Part shown: piece after piece, positions 35,082 to 44,516 of the stretch | Layout: each line of letters begins with the position of its first letter | Position numbering within the stretch: the stretch's first letter is position 1 | Virus record (IMG/VR): IMGVR_UViG_3300042472_000628 | Location: 101,455-165,454 of that record | Direction: 5' to 3' (one strand) | Origin: a virus | Taxonomy: Duplodnaviria > Heunggongvirae > Uroviricota > Caudoviricetes | DNA: 64,000 nucleotides | Made by a program: the position numbers and the translations under genes | Notes under the pieces: model-generated | Seen by the model: only the letters and a program-made list of their open reading frames with translations | The model's database searches: none | What the model was told of the DNA's origin: nothing

Positions 35082-35405
35082 ATGAAAAAATTTAAAGTAC
35101 TTAGTCAAGAAGATGCAATCAACGAGTCAAATGGCTCATCTCTTAAAGGTTACATTAGTGCAACTTATAGTCAATTAATTGAAGCACTTGGAGAACCTAC
35201 TCATAATACACCTTCGGGTGATGACAAAACTCAAGTAGAATGGGTTGTTGAATTTGAAGATAGTATTTTTACAATTTATGATTGGAAAACATATTCAAGA
35301 GAATATACTGAAACCAGATTGACACAATTTAATGTTGGTGGCAAAACTTATGCCGGGGATTTCATCGATCAAATTGAAACTATTTTAAAATCTAAAGCTT
35401 ATTAA
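35082..35405 (+). CDS. hypothetical protein
   Basis: ORF track. Confidence 0.4.
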   Translation: MKKFKVLSQEDAINESNGSSLKGYISATYSQLIEALGEPTHNTPSGDDKTQVEWVVEFEDSIFTIYDWKTYSREYTETRLTQFNVGGKTYAGDFIDQIETILKSKAY

Positions 35406-35406
35406 T

Positions 35407-35571
35407 ATGAACTACAAGAACTATTTTATTGAAGAAAATGAAAACTATTGGCCATCACACCCTGAATCTAAGTATGTGTTTAATAATACTGAAGATTGCG
35501 ATGAAACAATAGGATGTGGTAGTAGTATAGAGGATTGTATAGAACAAATCGAAGAAAGATTAGACCAATAA
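35407..35571 (+). CDS. small Cys-rich hypothetical protein (54 aa)
   Basis: Hand translation MNYKNYFIEENENYWPSHPESKYVFNNTEDCDETIGCGSSIEDCIEQIEERLDQ. Confidence 0.3.
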   Translation: MNYKNYFIEENENYWPSHPESKYVFNNTEDCDETIGCGSSIEDCIEQIEERLDQ

Positions 35572-35574
35572 CAT

Positions 35575-36282
35575 ATGAGAATAACATTAATTTCAGATAC
35601 TCACACAAAGCACGATGAGTTATCTTACGACCCTAAAGATCTCCCAGGTGGAGACTTATTAATCCACGCAGGAGACCTTATGAATTCTGGTAGAAATCCA
35701 ATGGATATTCACCAATTTTGTAAATGGTTTGAAGGATTAGAGCAATATAGCAATAAAGTTTTTATTGCAGGAAATCATGACAGAATCTTTGAAACTGACC
35801 CAGAAATGGCAAGTGAGATTTATACCTCTTATAAAAACATTGAATATCTTCAAGATAATCGATTAGATCTATGGGATCAAGATGACCAACAAACCGTTAT
35901 TTATGGTAGTCCATGGCAACCTGAATTCTATAGTTGGGCATTTAACTTACCAAAGGGTGGTCCTGGATTAATGTCAAAATGGGAAGCAATTCCTAAAGAT
36001 ACTGATATTCTTATCACACATGGACCTCCACAAGATCATTTAGATGTGAGTGGTCCTCCATATAATGAACCACATTTAGGATGTGCATTACTTAGAGAAA
36101 AGGTAGATGAACAACCACCTAAGATTCATGTATTTGGACACATTCACGGTGGATATGGTTACAAATTCCACAACGGTACTCACTTCTTTAACGCATCAAT
36201 CTTAAACGAAAGATATGAATATGTGAATAAGCCTGTAACGTTCGATTGGGATCCTGAAACTAATGAAATAACTTTTATATAA
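35575..36282 (+). CDS. calcineurin-like metallophosphoesterase
   Basis: ISDTHTKH, GDL, GNHD, GHIHGG motifs. Confidence 0.6.
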   Translation: MRITLISDTHTKHDELSYDPKDLPGGDLLIHAGDLMNSGRNPMDIHQFCKWFEGLEQYSNKVFIAGNHDRIFETDPEMASEIYTSYKNIEYLQDNRLDLWDQDDQQTVIYGSPWQPEFYSWAFNLPKGGPGLMSKWEAIPKDTDILITHGPPQDHLDVSGPPYNEPHLGCALLREKVDEQPPKIHVFGHIHGGYGYKFHNGTHFFNASILNERYEYVNKPVTFDWDPETNEITFI

Positions 36283-36287
36283 TTAAC

Positions 36288-36920
36288 ATGAAACAGAAAA
36301 GTAAATTTGAATTTAAAGACAATAGACCATTTAGCAAAAAGGCAAAAGACTTTGCTACAATGATATTGTATTGCGTGATATTTTGGAAAGGTCGTTCTAA
36401 AGGAATGATTCACACCATGAACATTAGATTCAAAGATGTTTTGGCTGTTTTCTTTCCAAAGAATTTTGCTGAGAAATATCGATACTTAGGAACTAGTGTT
36501 TGGCGAGAAGATAGTGAATATTATAAAGCCTTATTTCCATTAGTCTTAGCATTAGATTATGAGGCCAAACCAAAATGGTGTCCAAGATGGTTCTTAAGAT
36601 TCTTACACTTATTTGGTAGTGATAATTCAATAGTTAGAGTTAGAAATCGTAGACTACACAATTTATCAAAGAAACTTACTGGCGGTATTATGTTTGTTGA
36701 TTGGAAAACTAAGTGGACTAATTATGATTTAAGAATTAGTATTTGGGCACCAGAACACCTACAAGAATTGGCATCTGCAATTGAAGATAGATTTTATAGT
36801 CGAGGTAGACAAACTGAATTGAGAGATCAAATTATAGCAATAGATCCAACTAGAAATCCAATTTGGGGCAGCATCTCAAGATTAGAGAAAGAATTAGAGG
36901 AATTACAAGATAAACAATAA
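36288..36920 (+). CDS. hypothetical protein
   Basis: ORF track. Confidence 0.4.
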   Translation: MKQKSKFEFKDNRPFSKKAKDFATMILYCVIFWKGRSKGMIHTMNIRFKDVLAVFFPKNFAEKYRYLGTSVWREDSEYYKALFPLVLALDYEAKPKWCPRWFLRFLHLFGSDNSIVRVRNRRLHNLSKKLTGGIMFVDWKTKWTNYDLRISIWAPEHLQELASAIEDRFYSRGRQTELRDQIIAIDPTRNPIWGSISRLEKELEELQDKQ

Positions 36921-36949
36921 TTAATTTAACAGTATAACTAAAAAATAAG

Positions 36950-37210
36950 ATGACTAAACAAGCAAAAATTACAACAATGGCATACATCGAGATGATTTCA
37001 AAGGATTATCAATTCGATAAGAACCATGAAAATTATTTAGGATTTATTAATATAGATCCACAAGATGCAATTGAACTTGGTACTGATCATTCAGACGCTG
37101 CTATTCAAATAGCAATGAATCCTAGTCAATTTGAAGCCATCTTTAATGAATATGGTTTAAGTATACAAAGTGCTCACGAAAGTGAACTTATTATTGAGGA
37201 ACTAAACTAA
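36950..37210 (+). CDS. hypothetical protein
   Basis: ORF track. Confidence 0.4.
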   Translation: MTKQAKITTMAYIEMISKDYQFDKNHENYLGFINIDPQDAIELGTDHSDAAIQIAMNPSQFEAIFNEYGLSIQSAHESELIIEELN

Positions 37211-37215
37211 GAGAA

Positions 37216-37644
37216 ATGAAACGTATATTCCATTATTTCAAAAGAAGATTTCAAAAGGCAAAAATCAAAGTTAAGAAAACATTTGATCCAGTTGCATATT
37301 CTAGTAGAAAATTAGATCCTACTCAACAAAAGGCAAGAACAATTTGTATGAGACTCTTGAATGATCCTGATTCAGAATTATTATATTCAGGTCCACATTT
37401 AGACAGAAGATATGTTAAGAACGGTGACTACTTTATAATTATAGACGAATCAAGTCTTAAGATTGTAAATCATGTTTATAGTTACGATATAGCATTTCAT
37501 GGTTCACCTAATACTAAATTAAAAAACTTTTTCGATTTAAAATTAAATGGAATACGATTAGAAATGGAAGATGAAATCATGTTAAACGTTACACATTCAC
37601 TAGATAATATTATTGCAAACATTAATTCAAAAACAAAAAAATGA
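37216..37644 (+). CDS. hypothetical protein
   Basis: ORF track. Confidence 0.4.
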   Translation: MKRIFHYFKRRFQKAKIKVKKTFDPVAYSSRKLDPTQQKARTICMRLLNDPDSELLYSGPHLDRRYVKNGDYFIIIDESSLKIVNHVYSYDIAFHGSPNTKLKNFFDLKLNGIRLEMEDEIMLNVTHSLDNIIANINSKTKK

Positions 37645-37841
37645 CAAATTTAATAGAATTCGCAAATTTGGTTATGACCAAATATCCTCATCTTAAAGAA
37701 GATGTAAAATCATTAGTTCAGTTATGTATTGATGAAATCGAAGAAGGTAGTCCAGAATCACATGAAATTCAATTATGTTGGAGTGATATTGAGGAATTAG
37801 TAAAAGAGGAAGAGGTTAGTATTTTGTCTAGAAATATATAA
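37641..37841 (+). CDS. hypothetical protein
   Basis: ORF track; 4-nt overlap with upstream gene. Confidence 0.4.
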   Translation: MTNLIEFANLVMTKYPHLKEDVKSLVQLCIDEIEEGSPESHEIQLCWSDIEELVKEEEVSILSRNI

Positions 37842-37844
37842 TCA

Positions 37845-38060
37845 ATGAGTACCAAACCTAAATTAGATAAATTTCATTATCACGAAATGTTAGACAGATT
37901 ACATGTCGTAATGTGTATGGCTGACGATCATTTACAGCAACATCCAGTAGCAAAAATAGAATCTGAGATTGGCAAACATATAGATGATGCAGTATCTAGT
38001 TTATGGCAAGCATATCAATTAACTGGTAGAATTGATTACGAAAAATTTGACAAAGAATGA
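37845..38060 (+). CDS. hypothetical protein
   Basis: ORF track. Confidence 0.4.
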   Translation: MSTKPKLDKFHYHEMLDRLHVVMCMADDHLQQHPVAKIESEIGKHIDDAVSSLWQAYQLTGRIDYEKFDKE

Positions 38061-38431
38061 CGTACGAAAGATTTTTAAAAGTAATTCTAAGCCTTCAAAA
38101 AGAAGACAGAACCATTAATGCATTGTATACGAATGGTGTAGATCTAATTAATTTTGTTGATCCATATCATGAGATTATTTCAGAGTTGATTAAAGAAATA
38201 TATGGTGAAGAGGGTTACGATTGGTTTAGTTGGTTTTGTCATGACAGTGAATATGGTCAAAAAGATTGGTCAACATCCGATTCATATAAAATAAATGAAG
38301 AAGGTAACATGGAACTAGAACACAAAAGCGGTGAAGTTAGATTCGGAGCACATGACAAAGACGGTAATCCAATATGCTATTCATTTGAATCATTATATGA
38401 ATATCTAGAAGAAAATCATAAAACAAAATAA
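38057..38431 (+). CDS. hypothetical protein
   Basis: ORF track. Confidence 0.4.
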   Translation: MTYERFLKVILSLQKEDRTINALYTNGVDLINFVDPYHEIISELIKEIYGEEGYDWFSWFCHDSEYGQKDWSTSDSYKINEEGNMELEHKSGEVRFGAHDKDGNPICYSFESLYEYLEENHKTK

Positions 38432-38436
38432 TTAAT

Positions 38437-39165
38437 ATGAAACTGGTAGTTATAGGAGATTCAACATCTGGCGCCAGACTAAAAGATTGTGGCGATGATA
38501 CGATAGGTTGGGCAGAATATGTCAATGAATATCTAGATACCACTAAATGTATTGGTGAAAATAAATGTATGATTGGTTGGGGTATTCGAGACTTCTTTAA
38601 TCGTAATGGAAATATACTCGATATGATAATATCTAAACTTGATGAAAATGATATATTGTTAGCATCTTTTGGCACATTAGAAAGATCACCGTTATCAAGA
38701 ACAGATTTTGGTGGATTTGGTGCAAGAGGATCATTGCCAGGAAAAGATGATAGATTTGAAATAGTATATGATGAACATTATAAAGTTGAGTATACAGTAT
38801 ATACGTTTGGTGAATATCTAAGAAGACTGGCACAAAAGGTAAAAGACAGAGGTGCAAAACTATATTTTCTAAGTCAAATACCAAGAAATACATGGGAAGA
38901 TGGTCACCATAAAAGAACACATTCTATTGAATATGCTAGAATTATGGAAGACATTGCAAATGAAACTAAAGTTGGTTTTCTAGATACAAATGAAATACTG
39001 TCAGTGTTTTTAGAAGAGATTGGGCAAGATAAAGCCAAAGACTTTTATTCACCAACTGACAAATCACATACTACACCAGAAGGTGCTAAAACATATACTC
39101 AGATAATCTTGAATGAACTTAACAAGAAATATTCAAATGACTTTGACTTTATTAACAAAATTTAA
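38437..39165 (+). CDS. SGNH/GDSL-type hydrolase
   Basis: N-terminal LVVIGDSTSG (GDS block). Confidence 0.45.
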   Translation: MKLVVIGDSTSGARLKDCGDDTIGWAEYVNEYLDTTKCIGENKCMIGWGIRDFFNRNGNILDMIISKLDENDILLASFGTLERSPLSRTDFGGFGARGSLPGKDDRFEIVYDEHYKVEYTVYTFGEYLRRLAQKVKDRGAKLYFLSQIPRNTWEDGHHKRTHSIEYARIMEDIANETKVGFLDTNEILSVFLEEIGQDKAKDFYSPTDKSHTTPEGAKTYTQIILNELNKKYSNDFDFINKI

Positions 39166-39176
39166 ATTATAATAAT

Positions 39177-39953
39177 ATGGAAGCAGAAAAAGATTACACA
39201 GTAAAGGACGACATGATTTGTCCTATTACAAAATCACATTGCGATGACGAATGTTGTCCAGTTGGATCAACATGTAACATGAGCGATACAGATATACTAG
39301 ACTGTGAAAGTCCTTCATCTGAACCAGAATTAGACGTATTTGATGAATGGGCTGAAGAGAGAGCCAAAAAACTATGGATTGTAAGAAAACTTGAATGGAT
39401 TCCATTATGGTGGGATCATGAAGGTAAGTATTACCATAAAATGTTTAAAACAGGTATTAAGAACTTGATTTATTGGTTTCCTATCATTTGGAAAGATCGT
39501 AATTGGGATTCTCACTATATCTTTGAAATCATGATGCACAAAATCAAAGCTCAATCAAAATATATCGGAGAACGAGATATTCATACAAGAGCCCAACGAG
39601 ATGCTGAAATTATGATGACATGTGTTAGATTAATGAAACTAATCGATGATGATTTTTATAGCTCTGAATATTCTGACTATCATAAGACTAAGCATTGGTT
39701 TGCAGATGTGCCAGGAAAAGAAGGTTTGAGTTCATGGGAATCTCGTTTATTAGAAGAGAATTTTGATGATTTCTTTAAGAAATATCCATTGATCTATAAA
39801 AGAGTTTTAGCAGGTGAAGGTCCATTTGGTCGTGATGGACGTGAAGATGACAAACAAGTTATTGCAATGAATATTGGACATATCAATCACAACAGAGCAA
39901 ACAAATTGTTATTTAAGTTAATGGAAGAAAATATCCAAAGATGGTGGGATTAA
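39177..39953 (+). CDS. hypothetical protein
   Basis: ORF track. Confidence 0.4.
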   Translation: MEAEKDYTVKDDMICPITKSHCDDECCPVGSTCNMSDTDILDCESPSSEPELDVFDEWAEERAKKLWIVRKLEWIPLWWDHEGKYYHKMFKTGIKNLIYWFPIIWKDRNWDSHYIFEIMMHKIKAQSKYIGERDIHTRAQRDAEIMMTCVRLMKLIDDDFYSSEYSDYHKTKHWFADVPGKEGLSSWESRLLEENFDDFFKKYPLIYKRVLAGEGPFGRDGREDDKQVIAMNIGHINHNRANKLLFKLMEENIQRWWD

Positions 39954-40076
39954 TACAAAACAATACAATAGAAGTAATCATTGGTTACTTGCTGATAACA
40001 GGATGTTTTATTGCATATCATATGTATAAGGCACCAGAAGTGGACGAAAAAGGTAACATAATAAAAAACAATAAAA

Positions 40077-40238
40077 TTGAAAAGAAGTAAAACAAACAGT
40101 TACCTCGGAGGTGTCTGCGGTGGTATTGCTAAAGCTACTGGAACATCAGCTATAGCATGGCGATTAATATTCTTACTTGTACCATATACATTCTGGATAT
40201 ATGTTGCATTGTGGATAGGACTATTAGAAGAAGATTAA
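40077..40238 (+). CDS. small PspC-domain membrane protein (TTG start proposed)
   Basis: Hand translation ...KRSKTNSYLGGVCGGIAKATGTSAIAWRLIFLLVPYTFWIYVALWIGLLEED matches the PspC pattern (R-x-x-I-a-G-V-C-G-G-l-A...R-l-f-v-l); no in-frame ATG. Confidence 0.35.
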   Translation: MKRSKTNSYLGGVCGGIAKATGTSAIAWRLIFLLVPYTFWIYVALWIGLLEED

Positions 40239-40307
40239 TTCACACAGTATTGAAACAAACCAAAACAGCCCAGTATAACATATATAATAAATAAACAAAT
40301 ATAAAAC

Positions 40308-40481
40308 ATGGAAACATTAGCACAAATTCAAGAAGTATTAAACGCAGTTCAAGCTGACGCAACAAAATTCTTCGAAAACGGAAACAAAGCAGCTGGAACA
40401 AGAGTTCGTAAAGCTATGCAAGAGATCAAAAACTTAGCACAAGTTGTTAGAACAGAAGTATCTGAGAAGAACAACGCCTAA
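40308..40481 (+). CDS. histone H1-like small DNA-binding protein (Bacteroidetes type)
   Basis: Hand translation METLAQIQEVLNAVQADATKFFENGNKAAGTRVRKAMQEIKNLAQVVRTEVSEKNNA. Confidence 0.45.
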   Translation: METLAQIQEVLNAVQADATKFFENGNKAAGTRVRKAMQEIKNLAQVVRTEVSEKNNA

Positions 40482-40703
40482 TTAAACCTTAAAAAACTGT
40501 TCGAGTAGGCGTTAACGACTTATTCACTCTGACGCTAAAGTGGTGGACAAATATATAGATAAAGGTCACTAGTCAATAACGATAAGTAGTGGTTCTAATA
40601 CTGAACCTGAGGCTAGAGCGGTTGGATCCCGAAGTAATATGAGTTTTAAATGGAATAGGCTAGTTTCTCACATTGCTAAAATTAATAAGATATATAATAT
40701 CAC

Positions 40704-40777
40704 GGGGGTGTAGCTCAGTTGGCTAGAGCATCTGCCTTGCACGCAGAGGGTCGCAGGTTCGATTCCTGTCACCTCCA
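40704..40777 (+). tRNA. tRNA-Ala (TGC)
   Basis: Acceptor gggggtg/cacctcc with G3-U70; D arm tagctcagttggctagagca; anticodon stem tctgc/gcaga with loop cttgcac. Confidence 0.7.
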
Positions 40778-40781
40778 CTAA

Positions 40782-40815
40782 AAAAGACTCATCGAATGAT
40801 GAGTCTTTTTGGTTT
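40782..40815 (+). terminator. rho-independent terminator (aagactcatc-gaat-gatgagtctt + T5)
   Basis: Perfect 10-bp hairpin and T-run directly after tRNA-Ala. Confidence 0.65.
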
Positions 40816-40824
40816 AACAAACAA

Positions 40825-40903
40825 TTGTTCGTAACTTTATGAAAATAATTAGCCAAATATTTTTTTGTTTGGCTTTTTTTGTGTATATTAGCTCTATAAT
40901 TAA
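40825..40903 (+). promoter_or_regulatory. conserved cassette 10 (TTGTTCGTAACTTTATG; hairpin agccaaata-T7-gtttggct; GTGTATATTAGCTCTATAATTAAAAG)
   Basis: Motif instance. Confidence 0.6.
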
Positions 40904-40915
40904 AAGATAATCATT

Positions 40916-41830
40916 ATGGAAAATTCAATTAAAGTAGGTTACGATTCTCAAACAGGTTTATATGTAGTTAAAACTATCTATAATAGAGCTCTTATTGTTA
41001 ACGGTAAACCATTAGTAGATGCCTTAAGAGGTACTTCAAACGGTTCAGATCTTATTACTATTTCTGAGAAACCAGAAACTATCACATATAAAAGTTCTAG
41101 TCGTAATTTAATCGGTTATGATAATGTAGAAAACATGACCACAATCAGTTTAAAAGAATATAACAAAATTCTTGAAAAAGTTGTTGAGTCAAAAACTTAT
41201 AATGAAGAACTCGACGAAGATGTTTATAACACAATCGAGGATGAGGTATTTGCTACACGTTTCTTTAGAACTTATAAAGCAATTTATGAAAATATTGAAG
41301 AGATTCACAATATGGAAATCGAGATCATTGAATATCCAGTAAGCGCATATAAAAATATTGTACCATTGCACTCAATGGATGCTAAACATATTCTTGAAAC
41401 TAATTGTAAATTTACACCAAACAATAACGAATTATTCTTTGAAGTTTGTGCAAGTTTTGGAATTGACAAAACAAGAATCGATATTCCTACACATTCTGGT
41501 TTAAGATTTGTTAAGATTGACGGTTCTTATGTTAGTGGAATGGAAGATTTTGAAAAATCTGCAAGTCTTTCTATTATTTCAACATATGATAAGTGTATTG
41601 AAAGAATGAATGATAATCGTAAGAAATTAGAGGACTTAATTAGTTTCCATTTAGCAAAACAATCTCAGAAGAAAGTAAATGATGCAACTGTTGGAAACTT
41701 ATTGACTCAATTACAACATTTGCAAAATTCAGTTAGAAGTTTAGATGTTAAAGCAAAAGAACACAACTCTCAAAGATCAATTTTAACCAGAATTGGTGAA
41801 TTAATTGTAACTTATAAAGAACAAGCATAA
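40916..41830 (+). CDS. hypothetical protein
   Basis: ORF track. Confidence 0.45.
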   Translation: MENSIKVGYDSQTGLYVVKTIYNRALIVNGKPLVDALRGTSNGSDLITISEKPETITYKSSSRNLIGYDNVENMTTISLKEYNKILEKVVESKTYNEELDEDVYNTIEDEVFATRFFRTYKAIYENIEEIHNMEIEIIEYPVSAYKNIVPLHSMDAKHILETNCKFTPNNNELFFEVCASFGIDKTRIDIPTHSGLRFVKIDGSYVSGMEDFEKSASLSIISTYDKCIERMNDNRKKLEDLISFHLAKQSQKKVNDATVGNLLTQLQHLQNSVRSLDVKAKEHNSQRSILTRIGELIVTYKEQA

Positions 41831-41973
41831 TGAAAGAGACTAAGAAAATCAAATTAGAAAAAATTAACATAACATTACAAGAATGGTTTGATGCTCTTAA
41901 AGTGCCTGCACCTTATCGTAATAAAAAGAAGTATTATCGCAAAGACAAACATAAAAAGAATGATTGTTCGTAA
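41830..41973 (+). CDS. small basic hypothetical protein (47 aa) whose stop lies in the TTGTTCGTAA motif
   Basis: Hand translation MKETKKIKLEKINITLQEWFDALKVPAPYRNKKKYYRKDKHKKNDCS. Confidence 0.3.
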   Translation: MKETKKIKLEKINITLQEWFDALKVPAPYRNKKKYYRKDKHKKNDCS

Positions 41974-42030
41974 CTTTTTTAAAATATATTTTTTTATGTC
42001 AAATATTAGTATTATATTTACCCTATAACA
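41963..42030 (+). promoter_or_regulatory. conserved cassette 11 (TTGTTCGTAACTTTTTT; T7-ATGTCAAAT; TATTATATTTACCCTATAACAATTAAAA)
   Basis: Motif instance. Confidence 0.55.
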
Positions 42031-42047
42031 ATTAAAAACAATTAAAA

Positions 42048-42308
42048 ATGAAAAAATTATTCATTATAGCTATCGCAGCTATTTCACTAGCATCTTGTAC
42101 AGAAAATCAAAGAGCTAGATCATTTGGTGGAACAGAGGTTATTAACCTAGAAGCTGGTACACGAGTAGTAAATGTTACCTGGAAAGGTAAAGATGCAAGT
42201 CTTTGGATCTTGACTAAAAAAGATACCACCAAAGCAACTACTTATTACTTTACTGAGAAATCTGGTTTTGGAGTAATGGAAGGCCAAGTAATCATTAACG
42301 AAAAATAA
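42048..42308 (+). CDS. lipoprotein
   Basis: Signal peptide + lipobox LASC. Confidence 0.5.
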   Translation: MKKLFIIAIAAISLASCTENQRARSFGGTEVINLEAGTRVVNVTWKGKDASLWILTKKDTTKATTYYFTEKSGFGVMEGQVIINEK

Positions 42309-42514
42309 TGAGATACTTACTTATACTTTTAATGGTGATCCTCTCATTTTCATGTAAACCTGCAGAGGAAAGAATCAAAGAATATAGTTACACCAAAGAG
42401 TGGTATTTCAAAGATGGTCAAAGGTATCAATTGTATAAAACTAAATATGACAAAAAGTACATTTTAGTTATAAACAAGAAGGAAACCAAAATCATTAGAA
42501 AATACGTTAAATAA
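42308..42514 (+). CDS. small lipoprotein
   Basis: MRYLLILLMVILSFSCK (lipobox FSC). Confidence 0.45.
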   Translation: MRYLLILLMVILSFSCKPAEERIKEYSYTKEWYFKDGQRYQLYKTKYDKKYILVINKKETKIIRKYVK

Positions 42515-42543
42515 ACTTTTTACAATTAACAAGTACAATACAT

Positions 42544-42816
42544 ATGAACTACAAAAATCTATTTAGGGACATTTTAATTATCTTGACAATCACTATTGCG
42601 TTATTGCCAGTGGGAGATCAGATTTTTAATCTTATGAGTGCAAAATCAGATTTTGCATATTTAGGTCCAATCTTATTATTCAGCGTAGGATTTGCTGCTG
42701 GATTATTAATCTACGAGAGATGCAAATCAATTATTTACAATTATAAACAATCTGAAGAATGTCAGAAAAAAGCTACTGGGAAATCCAGCAAGAACAAAGA
42801 GAACAAGAAAAATTAA
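42544..42816 (+). CDS. small membrane protein
   Basis: Two hydrophobic helices. Confidence 0.4.
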   Translation: MNYKNLFRDILIILTITIALLPVGDQIFNLMSAKSDFAYLGPILLFSVGFAAGLLIYERCKSIIYNYKQSEECQKKATGKSSKNKENKKN

Positions 42817-42839
42817 ATCAACAATTAAAAATTAAAAAA

Positions 42840-43688
42840 ATGGTAAAGAAAATTTTAATCGGAGTAGTAGCGTTTATCGCTTTAGTAGTAGTGTTTCAAT
42901 CATGTGAGCGTATTGACGCAGGACATGTCGGAGTAAAAGTTAATTTGTACGGAAGTGGTAAAGGTGTAGATGATGTTGTAGCATGTACTGGAGTTGTATT
43001 TTATAATCCAATTTCAACAAAAATTTATGAGTTTCCAACATATATTCAACACAAAGAATATAAATTAGACAAAGAATCTGGTGTTGATAATTCATTTATC
43101 GTAAACTCAAAGGATGGTTCTGAATTTAGTGTTTCGCCTATTATGAACTACTCTGTTAAGTCAGAAAAAGTACCAGCAATTTTTGCTAAATATCGTAGAT
43201 CTCTTCCAGAAATCGAGGAAGGATTCTTAAAAACAGCAGTTTATGATGCATTCCGTTTAGCTACTAATAAATATACAGCAGACGAATTAATTTCAAATCG
43301 TGCAGTATTTGAAGTAGAAGTACGAAGATTACTTGAAGGACAATTACTTAAAGAGGGATTCGTTATTAATCAATTCACATCCAACTTAATTTATCCTGAA
43401 ACATTCAAGAGATCAATTGAAGCTAAGAATAACGCAGTACAATCAGCATTAAGAGCAGAAAATGAAGTTAAAACAGCAGAAGCACAAGCTAAAATTAAAG
43501 TTGCAACTGCAAATGGTAATGCCTCTGCAATGTTAGCATCTGCAAGAGCTGAAGCTGAAGCAAATAGTTTAAAACAAAAAACTATCACACCAATGTTACT
43601 TCAATTAGAATGGATCAATAAATGGAACGGTAAATTACCAACTACAATGTTAGGTGATAAATCAACTTCTATGATTGGTATCAAGTAA
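42840..43688 (+). CDS. SPFH / band-7 (prohibitin-flotillin-like) membrane protein
   Basis: N-terminal TM anchor then SPFH-like core (GHVGVKVN..., coiled AEAQAKIKVATANG...ARAEAEANSLKQ); start set at ATG 42840. Confidence 0.5.
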   Translation: MVKKILIGVVAFIALVVVFQSCERIDAGHVGVKVNLYGSGKGVDDVVACTGVVFYNPISTKIYEFPTYIQHKEYKLDKESGVDNSFIVNSKDGSEFSVSPIMNYSVKSEKVPAIFAKYRRSLPEIEEGFLKTAVYDAFRLATNKYTADELISNRAVFEVEVRRLLEGQLLKEGFVINQFTSNLIYPETFKRSIEAKNNAVQSALRAENEVKTAEAQAKIKVATANGNASAMLASARAEAEANSLKQKTITPMLLQLEWINKWNGKLPTTMLGDKSTSMIGIK

Positions 43689-43708
43689 ATCAAACAAACA
43701 ACAAACTC

Positions 43709-43736
43709 AAGGGCACTAATTTAGTGCCCTTTTTTA
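43709..43736 (+). terminator. rho-independent terminator (agggcactaa-ttt-agtgccct + T6)
   Basis: Perfect hairpin + T-run after the SPFH gene. Confidence 0.65.
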
Positions 43737-43766
43737 GTTAGATAAATATTTAAAATATATTAAAAT

Positions 43767-44468
43767 ATGGCATTCGATCTAACTTCACAATCTGGTCAAA
43801 AGTTTTTTTATCAAGTAGGTTCTGTTACTACAACAATTCCATGGCGAAGACCATCTTTTGAAAAGATAACAAGATTTTTTCAAGATGAATCAATTTCTTA
43901 TTTACTTGAAAAATATAATGCATATCTTACTGGTGGATGTTTATGGGATTTTAATACATGGGACGTTGATTTAATATTAATACATGATTGGAACGAATCA
44001 GTGGATTGGAATGTAATCGAACAGGATCTAAATACATTAAATGATGCAGCTCTAAATAAACATCACATATTAGTAGATCTTTCATTGTTTGACAAAATAG
44101 AAAATTCTTTTAAATTTCCAACTAAATCTGAATTAATAGAACACAATAAAGGAATAGATGAATCAGAATATGAATATCAAAGAAGACCATTGGAAGGTGC
44201 AGTACTTGTAAAAGTAAGTTACATCAAAAAACAAGTAGGTGACATAACACAGGAAACTGATTTAAAATATGATGAAAGAAAACAACCTCTTACAGAAAAT
44301 TATCTATATAAAATTGATGACAGAGGAAATCCACATTCAAGTAAGATCATTCAAAAGATATTGAAGTTTGATGAATCTGGTAAATTTATTCATCATTTGC
44401 ACTATAAAGAATTTTTATCTATGGATGCTGACACTTTTTACAAAATACAAAATAAACGAATATTCTAA
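43767..44468 (+). CDS. hypothetical protein
   Basis: ORF track. Confidence 0.4.
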   Translation: MAFDLTSQSGQKFFYQVGSVTTTIPWRRPSFEKITRFFQDESISYLLEKYNAYLTGGCLWDFNTWDVDLILIHDWNESVDWNVIEQDLNTLNDAALNKHHILVDLSLFDKIENSFKFPTKSELIEHNKGIDESEYEYQRRPLEGAVLVKVSYIKKQVGDITQETDLKYDERKQPLTENYLYKIDDRGNPHSSKIIQKILKFDESGKFIHHLHYKEFLSMDADTFYKIQNKRIF

Positions 44469-44516
44469 TCTTTTGAAACATTTCAATATTACCTCATATA
44501 AAACTAAACATTAGTT

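Noticed and set aside
40668-40856. 62-aa minus-strand ORF
   Set aside because: Antisense to tRNA-Ala and its terminator hairpin.
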